Positions 25,730-36,537 of a stretch of 64,000 nucleotides of DNA are shown here, piece after piece (positions within the stretch are counted from its first letter, which is position 1; the number at the start of each line of letters is the position of its first letter). The stretch is from Octopus vulgaris (taxonomy: Eukaryota). The stretch covers positions 92,814,001 to 92,878,000 of the forward strand of contig OX597818.1 of NCBI GenBank assembly GCA_951406725.2, in the 5' to 3' direction. A program made the translations under genes and the position numbers. Below the pieces are notes generated by a model. The model did not search any database. It was not told the origin of the DNA and worked only from the letters and a program-made list of their open reading frames with translations.

Positions 25730-26330
25730 CTAAAGGGCAATTGACATCTATAAAGTGCCTCCTACGAACTTTAGGTTCAACCGGTGCTTCAGATATACTG
25801 GAAGAGGCCACATTACTACACGACGGAGAATTGACCAAAATGGATATCTCAAGCGATTTAGGAACTTCACCTGGCATTTCAGGTAACAATTCCGAAATAT
25901 CAAATATTCTAGGAATAACAGGAATCTCAGCTATTGTAACTCTAGGAACATGAAGTACCAATACTTCATAATTTGAACTACATTTCGTTCTAACACGTTT
26001 CTAGCCACTCTTACTTCAGAATTTATGGTTCCCTTCGGTTGTTTTGATAGTGATTTCTACCCATTGTTCACCAGCTTCAAAATTCCGTACAAGAATACGA
26101 TCGTCCTTTCTAAGACATATGCAACGGCTGTAATATCTTCGCCTTTTGTTCCGCTATATATTGAATTCGTAGAACTCGATGGCGAGTGTCTGGCTTGAGC
26201 AATGAAAAACAGTCGGCAAGTGACGTTTGGACAACATTTCAGCGAGAAAATCTCCAGTTGAATGCGGGGCAATTCTGAAAGAGAACAAAGACTTGTTGAC
26301 TTTAATTTTGTGTGTCCCACTTTCATTGTT
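25730..26330 (-). mobile_element. Highly degenerate Ty3/Gypsy-type integrase C-terminal remnant
   Basis: Across frames: RIAPHSTG (YRxTPHSTTG-like), FSLLKPD..RVLRIQ, RILVRNFEAGEQW (VxVRN..G.KW-like), and a terminal VRRRH...PLGL (RRSxR..PxRL-like). Confidence 0.5.
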
Positions 26331-26704
26331 GTTGACTCTTTGAATGTGCGAACAGTGTTTCTATTACTTTATTCTTTCTTACTTTTTTCTTTCTACATTT
26401 CTTTCTTTTCCTTCTTTTCTTTCTTCATTTTCTCCTCCGCTTTCTTCTTCCTTCTTTTGCTTCTACTTCATCGTCTTCTTTTCCTCCTACTCTTCTCCTC
26501 CTCTTTTTCCTACTCTCTGTCTCCTACAACTTAATTTCCTTTGTTCTACTTCTAAGACAATGGTTTCTAAACTAATAAATTCCACCACCCCTCTCCCCTC
26601 CCACCAAAATGTTAAGAGAACATATTGTTTCCTTCTCCCACCACCACCAATACTGCACTTCATTAATGTGAACACAGAATAGAATTTACATTGATAGAAC
26701 TATT

Positions 26705-26830
26705 ATTTCTTCACTAAGTATTTTTATCGTTTTCGTTAGCCAAACTGCTAAGTTATGGGGGACGTAAACAAACCAGCCCCAGTTGTCAAGCGGGAAGAGC
26801 AGAGACAAACGCAAAGCACCCACCTGTACA

Positions 26831-26897
<67 letters not shown>

Positions 26898-27056
26898 GCT
26901 CACACACACATGTATATATTTATACGACGGTCTTTTCCCAGTTTCCGTTTACGAAATCCACTCACAAAGATTAGGTCGGTCCGGGGCTAAAGTAGGAGAC
27001 ACTTTTCCATGGTACTACGCAGTGGAACTGAACCCGGAATCATATGGTTGGGAAGC
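26705..27056 (-). mobile_element. SINE family A, left arm of a head-to-head foldback
   Basis: Reverse complement of 27134-27455, with shared private variants. Confidence 0.85.
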
Positions 27057-27104
27057 GTGGCTAAGGACGCAGGCGGGGCTTAGAGACGCGGAAGAGACTT
27101 ACAG

Positions 27105-27455
27105 ACGCGGACGTGGTTATGTGGTAAGAAGTTTGCTTCCCAACCATATGATTCCGGGTTCAGTCCCACTGCGTAGTACCATGGAAAAGTATCTCCTACT
27201 TTAGCCCCGGGCCGACCAAATCCTTGTGAGTGGATTTCGTAAACGGAAACTGGAAAAAGACCGTCGTATAAATATATGCATTTGTGTATTTATGTGTGTG
27301 TGTGTGCACACGCGTGCGCGCGTTTGTACAGGTGGGTGCCTTTGCGTTTGTGTCTGCCCTCCCCGCTTGACAACTGGTGTTAGTTTGTTTACGTCCCCCA
27401 TAACTTAGCGGTTTGGCTAACGAAAACGATAAAGATACTTACCAAAGAAAATAAG
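27105..27455 (+). mobile_element. SINE family A, right arm with complete head
   Basis: gtggttatgtggtaagaagtttgcttcccaaccatatgattccgggttcagtccc... Confidence 0.85.
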
Positions 27456-27894
27456 TACTGCGGCCTGGCCGCAGTTCAAAAGATGAGTTTCTAACAAGTT
27501 TAAAAATTGTGAATAATTTTAACCCTATTAAAAGCATGACAATTTGTCCGCTTTTTTTTTTTTCATTTTTTCTTTCTTTCAAATCTTGCAGGCTTCCATC
27601 TATGAGAAACACTGTTGTATGATACAGCGCGGAGCTAAATTGCATTTTAGTATCAAATCCCGCCGGAATCTATATTACTTCCCCATCCCCCACAGCAACG
27701 CTTTGTGGACGAATGAATGAAGTACTAGTCGAAGAAGTGACGTCACATTCATTCCATTGAAGCATCAAGTCACTTTCTCCATTACAACACAAAGTTCTGT
27801 GGCCTTGTGCTGACGTTAAAACAATTAACGCTGCCACCGTCGCCACAAGCACCACCAACACCACCACCCACAATTACCAACAATGTATCATTAC

Positions 27895-27929
<35 letters not shown>

Positions 27930-28345
27930 CCGCCACCAACACCAATACCACCATCAGCATCATTGTCACCACTTTCATCATCGTAACGTCGCTACCACCG
28001 CCATCACCTTTCTCCTCTTCTTCCCCCTCAACATCATCACCATCACCAGTATGGTATCAACACCACCATCCTCCTCCTCCTCCTTATCCTCCTCCTCATC
28101 ATTTGCAGTAGCACCAACATAGTTTCCGCTGGTGTTCTTTAGTTCTTTGTCAATTCTCCTGCTCGTGTTGACCGATGATCAAAAACTTTACAGCCGCGAC
28201 CGATTCTTTTTTTGTTTTTTCCATCAAGGTAAAGTATATCTACAATAACATAATAGTCAGTCCTTCCCTTTTATATTTTATTTAAGACGTTCGATGCAGG
28301 GTCGAAGATGATTTGAGGATGATATTGTTGTTATATTTAGCAGGT

Positions 28346-28578
28346 AGGGCGGCGAGCTGGCAGAAACGTTAGGGCGCCGGGCGAAATATTTAGCGGTATT
28401 TCGTCTGTCGTTACGTTCTGAGTTCAAATTCCGCCGAGGTCGACTTTGCCTTTCATCCTTTCGGGGTCGATAAATAAAGTACCAGTTTCGCACTGGGGTC
28501 GATGTAATCGACTTGGTCCCTTTGTCTGTCCTTGTTTGTCCCCTCTATGTTTAGCCCCTTGTGGGTAGTAAAGAAATA
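28346..28578 (+). mobile_element. SINE family B, full length, with 14-bp TSD
   Basis: Head ggcggcgagctggcagaa, B-box gagttcaaattcc, central gcctttcatcctttcggggtcgataaa domain. TSD tatatttagcaggt at 28332-28345 and 28579-28592. Confidence 0.92.
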
Positions 28579-29439
28579 TATATTTAGCAGGTTGACCGAC
28601 CACGTAGAAAAAACACAATGCAACTAAACTAAACTTCCCCGTTGACCAATCAACTTCATCGCCTTCATATAATGCAATCAGCTTTCGTTGCATTTTTAAA
28701 GACGATCGGTAAAAGACAGAGAATGATTTCACTTTTATCTTTAGGAAGTCGAACGACCACGTCAAATTAAATTCATAGTCAACGAAGGAATTCCTTCGTT
28801 GACCAATCAACATCGTCGCCCTCATCAGATCATCGTTCAACGCAACGGCGATGTCAGCATCTTTTAACATCGTGCTGTTTCTAATTTCCCCTTACCGTAA
28901 ACTCCACTCCCATCGCAGTCACTACTACAACAACAACAACTACTACTACTACTACTACTACTAGTGTCTATTTCTCTCTCTCTCTTTGTTATGTTATTTA
29001 TCTCTTAAAACGTGTTAGGGGAACTCTATGTAGGAGAATGCCGATTTTGCAAAAACGGCTAAGATATTTATCGTTTCCTCGGGCGAATTACCGAGGATTG
29101 TTCTATTTTATTTTCACGTAGTCGCCCGAAGTGCGGTTTCTATTTATATAAAATAGAAAACAAATCCCCCTCTAAGTACAATCCACTGTCTTTAACCCAC
29201 AAAAAAAAAAGAATTAAAAACAGCGATTACATATAGTGGAAAAAAAAATCATCTAGCAGTTAACAAGAAGAACACCCTTTGCATATACTAAAACCAAATA
29301 CCATTCCATGAAAAAAGCGGCCGATTAACAAAGGAACGAGTTCCCTATGTGATCCCTACATATCTTATTCCAACGAAGAACTTTTTTTAAAACCAACACT
29401 GGAACAACAAACGCAGAAAGTACTTTTATATTATTTTAT

Positions 29440-30030
29440 TTCTTTTCGCTTTTTTTTCTTTATTTGTTTTCACTTCTATTCCTCCTCCTTCATCCTTTTC
29501 TCTTCTCCTTTTCTTCATCTTTCTCGTTCTCTTCTTCCTTTCCCATACTCCTCGCTTTTCTCCTTTTCTTTTTCTCTTCTCCTTTTCTTTTTCTCTTCTC
29601 CTTTTCTTCATCTTTCTCATACTCCTTGCTTTTCTCCTTTTCTTTTTCTCTTCTCCTTTTCTTCATCTTTCTCGTTCTCTTCTTCCTTTCTCATACTCCT
29701 TGCTTTTCTCCTTTTCTTTTTCTCTTCTCCTTTTCTTCATCCTTCACGTTCTCCGTTTTCTTCCCTTCTCTTACTCCACGGTTTTCTCCTTTTTTTTCTT
29801 CTTCTCTTCTCCTCCTCCTCCTCCTCCTCGCCATTCGTCTCTTTATCTTTTTTTTTTCAGCTCAATTCTTCTTATGTTTCTTCATTCATCTCCTCTTCCT
29901 CTCTTTTCTTCTTCTTCTTCTTCTTCTTCTTCTTCTTCTTCTTCTTCTTCTTCTTCTTTTCCTCCTCATTTTACTTCTTCTTTTCCTCATTTTACTTCTT
30001 CTTTTCCTCCTCATTTTACTTCTTTTAGTC
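29440..30030. repeat. Pyrimidine-rich low-complexity tract with internal duplications and (TTC)n
   Basis: Directly visible. Confidence 0.9.
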
Positions 30031-30449
30031 TTCCACAAGTAATGGATTCGTTTTCCATTTCCTTTTATATTTGTTATTATGTTTGTTATCAAAACTTTCT
30101 AGAATGAAATGGAACTCATAATTCTCTAAATTCTAAATCAACGACAGAAAATCCATAGGAAATACTTGTTGACATTGCTGTAATGCCGCTGATCATAATA
30201 TTGATAATGATGATGAGAGTGATGACGATGAAGACCACTACGACTACCTAGCAAAGTAAATAAAATACAAAATAAATAATTTTTTTACACAAAGTAAATA
30301 ATTTTTCTTTTTAAACAAAGTAAATTAAACACAAAAACACAAAGTAAGGATCGACTAGTCACGACTAGCTAGCGCGGATGCGCGACTACGCGAGTGCACG
30401 CACCGGGACAACTCTTCTTAAGTAGTACCTAGTAGTAGTAGTAGTAGTT

Positions 30450-30490
<41 letters not shown>

Positions 30491-30889
30491 ATTGCTGTGT
30501 TGCTCCTGTTACTGCTTCAACTGCGAACCTTAGGACCTCATGAGGAAGGAAAAGGTCACGAAATTTTTTCCATCATTTCTTCCCCTCCAACCCCTACCCC
30601 GGCATTCCTGTGTTTCATGCCACGGAAATTACGATTTTGAAAGAATTCTTTTTTTGTTGTTGTTGTTTTGTTGTTTTTTTCCTTAAAAACTATTTTGTTT
30701 GCATTTTTGTTACCCCGCCTCCTCAATTATATGCTCTTCTCCTCAATTTGGTAGTGACTGTGGATGTATAAATTTTCGAAAATAAGTGAAGAGGAAAGAA
30801 ACTCGAATGCACCAATGAGATGAATTTCGGTTCTACTTTTCAATTAGAGTTCTTTCCATTCTTTCTAATTTGCACGCGGTCAGCAATTT

Positions 30890-31168
30890 TGAAGGCGGGA
30901 GGCAGGTCGAGTACATCGACCCTAATGCTTAATTGGTATTTATTTTATCGAACCCGAAAAGATGAAAGGCAAGGTCGATCCCAGCAAAATTCAAATTTTG
31001 GCAAAAGCGCGATCGACCCCACTATTCATCTGGTACTCATTTTATCGACCTCGAAACAATGCAAGGCAAAGTCGACCTCGATAACATTTGAACTCTGAAC
31101 GTATACGCCCGGAAGAAATGTCGCTAAACATGTTGTCCGGCATGTTAACAACTCTACTAGTTCGCCGT
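30890..31168 (-). mobile_element. Diverged SINE family B with internal partial duplication
   Basis: Two copies of the atcgaccc...tggta..tttatcga...aaggcaa.gtcga segment in reverse orientation. Confidence 0.65.
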
Positions 31169-32088
31169 CCTACCTCTCAATACCGAGTCGACGAGAGCAA
31201 ACAAAAATCAAGCGTTAAGTTAACAACTCACAAAGAAAGGGGAAGATAATTTCAAGAAATTAACAATTAGTTACACAAAATTAATTACAATCTTGACGGA
31301 AAATCTGATGGTTGTTGCAAGCAAAAGAAGACCATTATGGGTATATTTGAGTCTTGTTATAGCTAATGACCATACTTATAGACTCGTCTACTCAAGTCTG
31401 CTTTCATCAGTTTGACTGTAGGGGACATCTAAAGATTAGTGCAGTCCATCGACTTTGTTTGCTCATAACTTTCGGAAAGTGCATAGTTTTTAATGAAACT
31501 TTAGAAAGATGGGTTTTCGAGAGTGCGTTATCTACGCTTACGAAAATGTATTTCTGTAAACATAACATTTAAAAATATCTATTTGAAACGTCAAGGGTGA
31601 GAATGAGTTGAAACTCTAAAAAATAAAGTTTATCAACGTAATTGCAATCTAGGCCCTCGAAAATGTACTTCGGTAAAATGTCATTTAAAAATATTATTTT
31701 CAGAAAGTTATAGGGAAACAAAATTGCTACAGAATGAAAATGATTTAAAACTCATTGAAAAAAGAATTAGCATCTTGTATTTCATTTGTAATGTTATCAA
31801 ATAGTATCTACACTCGTGAAATGTTATCTATAAAATTTCATTAAAAATTATCCACATTTCAGAAAATTATAAGTTATCAAATTTGAGGGGCACAAATGTG
31901 TAGCTATGCCTGTTAGTATTTAATTTGGCTTTATTCTGGTCTAAGCACATCGTATAATTCCTCATAACTTTTTTTATCTTTTGGAATTTTCAGAAAAAAT
32001 TTGTGAACTTGTGTTCTATACACGGGAATTCAAACGGCTATGAATACAGCTAAACGAGGGCGATATAAGGTGGTCGTCAGATGTGCTA

Positions 32089-32490
32089 AACAGAAACCGT
32101 CTAAATACTTCTCATGCAATGTGTATACAACAAATATCAAGAAAAAAATGCGCGATGACACACGGGGGCGTGGAGACTGCTCAGAAAATACCCACGATCA
32201 ACCGTAGAGGATCCGAGCAATAAACCTCAACACCCGGTCGCAGGAACGCAACAGAAACCATCTGGGGCATACTTCTCATGCAATGTATATACAACAAATA
32301 TCGAGAAACAAATGCGCGCTGACAAACGGGGGCGTGGGGAGTGGGCTCGGAAAATACCCACGATCAACTGTAGAGGATCCAAGTGCCCAAGTGGCAAAAA
32401 TGGAAAAAAAATTGTAACAGGTGTAAGGCATCGTATATTGAAGGAAAATGACGAAAAAAAAGCGCGCTGACAAACGGGTGGGGGTGGGGA
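32089..32490 (+). repeat. Orphan ~400-bp copy of the 163/146-bp satellite
   Basis: Matches 5991-6389, including private variants gcgatgacacac, caggaacgc, gagaaacaaatg and atcaactgtag. Confidence 0.95.
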
Positions 32491-33073
32491 CACAAAATTT
32501 TTCTCTTTTGATTTTTGCCTCGTTGTTTGAATTTCCGAGTGTAGAACATAAATTTGCAAAAGTTTTATAAAACTTTCCCAAAATAAAAACATTTATAAGG
32601 GGTATATGGCGTGCTTAAAGCAGAATCCCGCCTTTATTTTATTCATATATCATATATATATAACTTCTACTTTCTGAATGTAGACAGGACCTAGCCTTAT
32701 TTGAAGTAGATAAATATAAATAGAAGATAAGTAGTGATACATTTAACCGACAATTACAAACTGATACCAGTTACTTAACTAGAGAGAAATACTATTATTA
32801 TCATGTACATTTTATGAGAAGAGGCTTGTCGGGAGATCTGGAGTTTGGTGAAGGCCATATGCTCTGAGAAAGTTATTCCTTTGTGGGTTTTCAGCCAGTG
32901 GATTGCGGTCATTCTGGGGCACTATTGTATTGGACTCGGCTCATTGTATTGTCGCGGTTACTGTACTTAAAAAGAACGTAGCCAAATAATACACCTAATT
33001 TTGTTCGACGCACTAATTCTGCCATCCTGAATGTGTGTGTGTGTGTGTTTGTGTTTATATATATTTATTTATC

Positions 33074-33354
33074 TTTTACATGTTTCAGTAATTTGACTGC
33101 GGCCAAGCTGGAACGACGCCTTAAAGTCGAAGAAATCGATCCAAGGACTTATTCTTTGTAAGCCTAGTACTTACTCTATCGGTCTCTTCTAGAGCAGGAG
33201 TGGCTGTGTAGTAAGAAGCTTGCTTCCCTACCACATAGTTCCGGGTTCAGTCCCACTGTGTGGTATCTTGAGTAAAGTGTCTTCTACTATAGCCTCGGGC
33301 AGACTAAAGCCTTCTGAGTGGATTTGGTAGATAGAAACGGAAAGAAGCCCGACG

Positions 33355-33357
<3 letters not shown>
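33074..33357. mobile_element. SINE family A fragments: 3' part on minus (33074-33190) fused to a 5' part on plus (33195-33357)
   Basis: Homology to the other family A copies. Confidence 0.7.
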
Positions 33358-33422
<65 letters not shown>

Positions 33423-33425
<3 letters not shown>

Positions 33426-34668
33426 GGTGTCCCAAAAAAATGTATGCACACTTTAAACAATTGTAAAGTAGTTGTTTATTAAAAGACACTTCATTTCAAA
33501 ATTTAATAGAATCTACAGACATTATTTTATTGTTTTGTCAATGCCTGTTTTCAAACTGATGTCCGGTCTGGTCCAGGCACTGCTGACAACGCAAAGGAAT
33601 GGAATTCACAAATATCACAAAAGAATTTGTTTGGTATTTGTGTGCACTCTCGTCCAATGGCTGCTCTCAAATCAGTGACTTGTAGGTTTCATAGCGTAGA
33701 ATTTGTCTTTAAGGTCTCTCCATAAAAAAGTCTAGTGGTGTGAGGTCTGGTGAATTCAACCATACCTCTTCATCCAATCCACCTGTTTAGCAAGATCTCA
33801 TCAAAGAAGGATCTAACATAGCAATGGTAGTGTGGGGGTGCCCCATCTTGCTGAAAATAAAACTCCTCATCTTCAAAGTCTTCTCTAATGCTTGGCATAA
33901 CAGAATGTTGCAACAAGTTCAAGTAAACGGGACCAGTCACAGTAGCATAACAAAAGAATGGTCCAATTAATCCTCTTGATGATAAACCACACCACACAAA
34001 TATCAAATTAACATGGTGTTTCACCATAACATGCAGATTCTCAGGACCCCAGTAGGTGCAATTGTGGCAGTTAATTGAACCATTTAATTTGAATGTGGCT
34101 TCATCACTCCACACAATCTTTGTTGGAAAGTGTGCAGTTTCTACACATCGTTCCAAGTACCACTCGCAATGCTGCACTCTTTCGTCTGGATCATCATCAT
34201 TAATAGCATGGACTAATCTTGGAATGTAACTTTTCCATTGACAATGCTTCAAAATGCATTGGACAGATGATTTTGGAATACCTACCTCATGACTCGCTTT
34301 GCCGCACAGATTTTCTTGGACTTTGGTGATTCATTTCCAGTACTCCTTGCTTTGTTGGGGTTGTTGATGTTCGGGGTCTTCTGGAATGCTTATCGTGGAC
34401 ATTCTGAACAGTTCCATCAGCTTCAAACTTATCTCTAATTCAAGTGATAGGGAGTTGCATTGGTGGATCTGTTTGAAACTCCCTCCCCAACTATTTTTGC
34501 ACTTCAACTGCATTTTCACACTTCCAGTATCATTTTAGAATGAATTTTCTTTGTTCAAAGCTTAATCTGACTGCCATCATTAAATCCTATAGGTTTCATC
34601 TGGAAAGAAAAAATATCAATTGAGTTATCAGCTGCTAAAGTGTGTATACATTTTTTGGGGACACCCTG
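33423..34668 (-). mobile_element. Full-length (1246 bp) inactive Tc1/mariner element, DD41D (rosa)-like
   Basis: TIRs cagggtgtccc(a/c)aaaaaatgtat(g/a)cacacttta with TA TSDs. Motifs [36 protein letters not shown] spacing is 41 once a deleted WPPR motif is restored. Confidence 0.9.
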
Positions 34669-34702
<34 letters not shown>

Positions 34703-34852
34703 TGTATGTATGTATGTATGTATGTATGTATGTATGTATGTATGTATGTATGTATGAATGCATGTATGTATGCATGTATGTATGTATATATATATATATG
34801 TATGTATGTATGTATATATATATATATGTATGTATGTATGTATGCATGTATG

Positions 34853-34933
<81 letters not shown>

Positions 34934-34950
34934 GTATATATATATATATT
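34669..34950. repeat. (TATG)n/(TA)n microsatellite
   Basis: Directly visible. Confidence 0.95.
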
Positions 34951-35810
34951 ACAGTTATGTTGAAACATGTGATGCGGGAAAGTGCAGCATTGATGACAAA
35001 ACATTTGTGGAGTAAATAATCGGCTAATTCGACAAAGCGACATGCGTCCGTTTGGAGTATTCCAGGCCCTAACTTGTCATGGAAAATTGGGAGTGGTGTG
35101 TATGCCTATGCCTTTACTGATCTTGAGAAAGTCTCATATCGCTTCAATCTTCAGACTCCGTCTGACGTTCTGCAGCAGACATTTGCTGATTTTGGGTAAG
35201 CCTCATCTCCATTCTCTCTTGAGACTGAATCTGACGTGCTGCTGCATGCGTTTGCTAATCTTGGGAAAGTCTCATCTCCCTTCTCTATTGTTGTAGGCAT
35301 CCTTTTGTCTCGGGAGACAATGGAGTTGCGCATAAAGTAATCCAGTCTGGTTTTTACATTTCATGTCCGCTCCAGTTTCCTCCCCAGTCTTGCGCAGGCC
35401 TGGGCTAGATGTAAGAAAATCCTGGATAGCCCAATCGTTAGGATTCCTCTCTCGACCTTGCTGACGTTGTCCAAAGGAGTGCAGAGCATTACGTTTAGCA
35501 CCAGCTTGGTTGCAGGAGCTGCCGGAAGAGTGTTGGGTCGAACACTAAACCGCCTACGGGGCTTCACTCCGGATTTCTTTGAAGGTTGTCTCCTTTCCGT
35601 AACCCTAGATAGGGGCCCATACCAGGTACTGTCAGCCGGAGCCAGCTGAGCCTGGGACTCGTGTCAGGCAGAGTCGTCACTCCCTGAAGTAGTGAAGAAA
35701 ATCACTACCCACTATTGAGACGACATTAATTAAAGGGCAAATATGTAATTGTAAAAACCTTGCAACTTTGCAACTACTCCGATAATTATGAACTGGTAAT
35801 TGAATGGTAA

Positions 35811-36041
35811 GGCGGCGAGCTGGCAGAATCGTTAGCACGCCGGGTGATATGCTTAGCGGTATTTCGTCTGCCGCTACGTTCTGAGTTCAAATTCCGCCGA
35901 GGTCGACTTTGCCTTTCATCCCTTCGGGGTCGATTAAATAAGTACGAGTTACGCACTGGGGTCGATGTAATCGACTTAATACCTATGTCTGTCCTTGTTT
36001 GTCCCCTCTGTGTTTAGCCCCTCGTGGGTAATAAAGAAATA
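35811..36041 (+). mobile_element. SINE family B, full length, with 16-bp TSD
   Basis: TSD ggtaattgaatggtaa at 35795-35810 and 36042-36057. Confidence 0.93.
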
Positions 36042-36488
36042 GGTAATTGAATGGTAAATGCGTATTTTTATATACCTTGGACCTGTCACCTAATTGTATT
36101 TTGTCAAGAGTTTCACCTCCAGCCGTTCGTTATGTCAGGCAGCACACAAACATTGACACACCATTCCGCTGACATGGCGGTAAAGACAGAAAATTGCCGA
36201 CACGTAATGTTGTTCACATTAAGATATGAATTATTCATTTATTTATCACAGTAGAATTAAAAGTGAAAGAATAAAAGTGTAACAATATTATATAACATTA
36301 CAATATAGATCTTATTGTTTCACTTTTGACACGTAATAGCGAACCAATGCCAATATTATATTGTTTTAATTCAAATGGGGAAAAAAATGACATTTTGACA
36401 TTCACGGGGTTTGATACTATTACCTTGTAATATTTGATTTGATTTGGTCGAGCCTTTTGAGAATGCTAGGGTACAGACAAACAAAGAA

Positions 36489-36534
<46 letters not shown>

Positions 36535-36537
<3 letters not shown>

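Noticed and set aside
27670-27873. Minus-strand ORF resembling a signal peptide plus Cys-containing domain
   Set aside because: It starts at TTG immediately after an in-frame stop, the hydrophobic stretch derives from a (GGT)-like repeat, and I see no recognisable homology.
28424-28870. 148-aa minus ORF and a CTGATGAG motif near 28820
   Set aside because: The ORF runs into a SINE and has no recognisable domain. The motif lacks GAAA and stem I, so it is not called a hammerhead.
35040-35700. GC-richer segment with ~70-bp degenerate repeats, possibly a LINE 5' region or an exon
   Set aside because: No diagnostic motif was recognised, so it cannot be classified from sequence alone.
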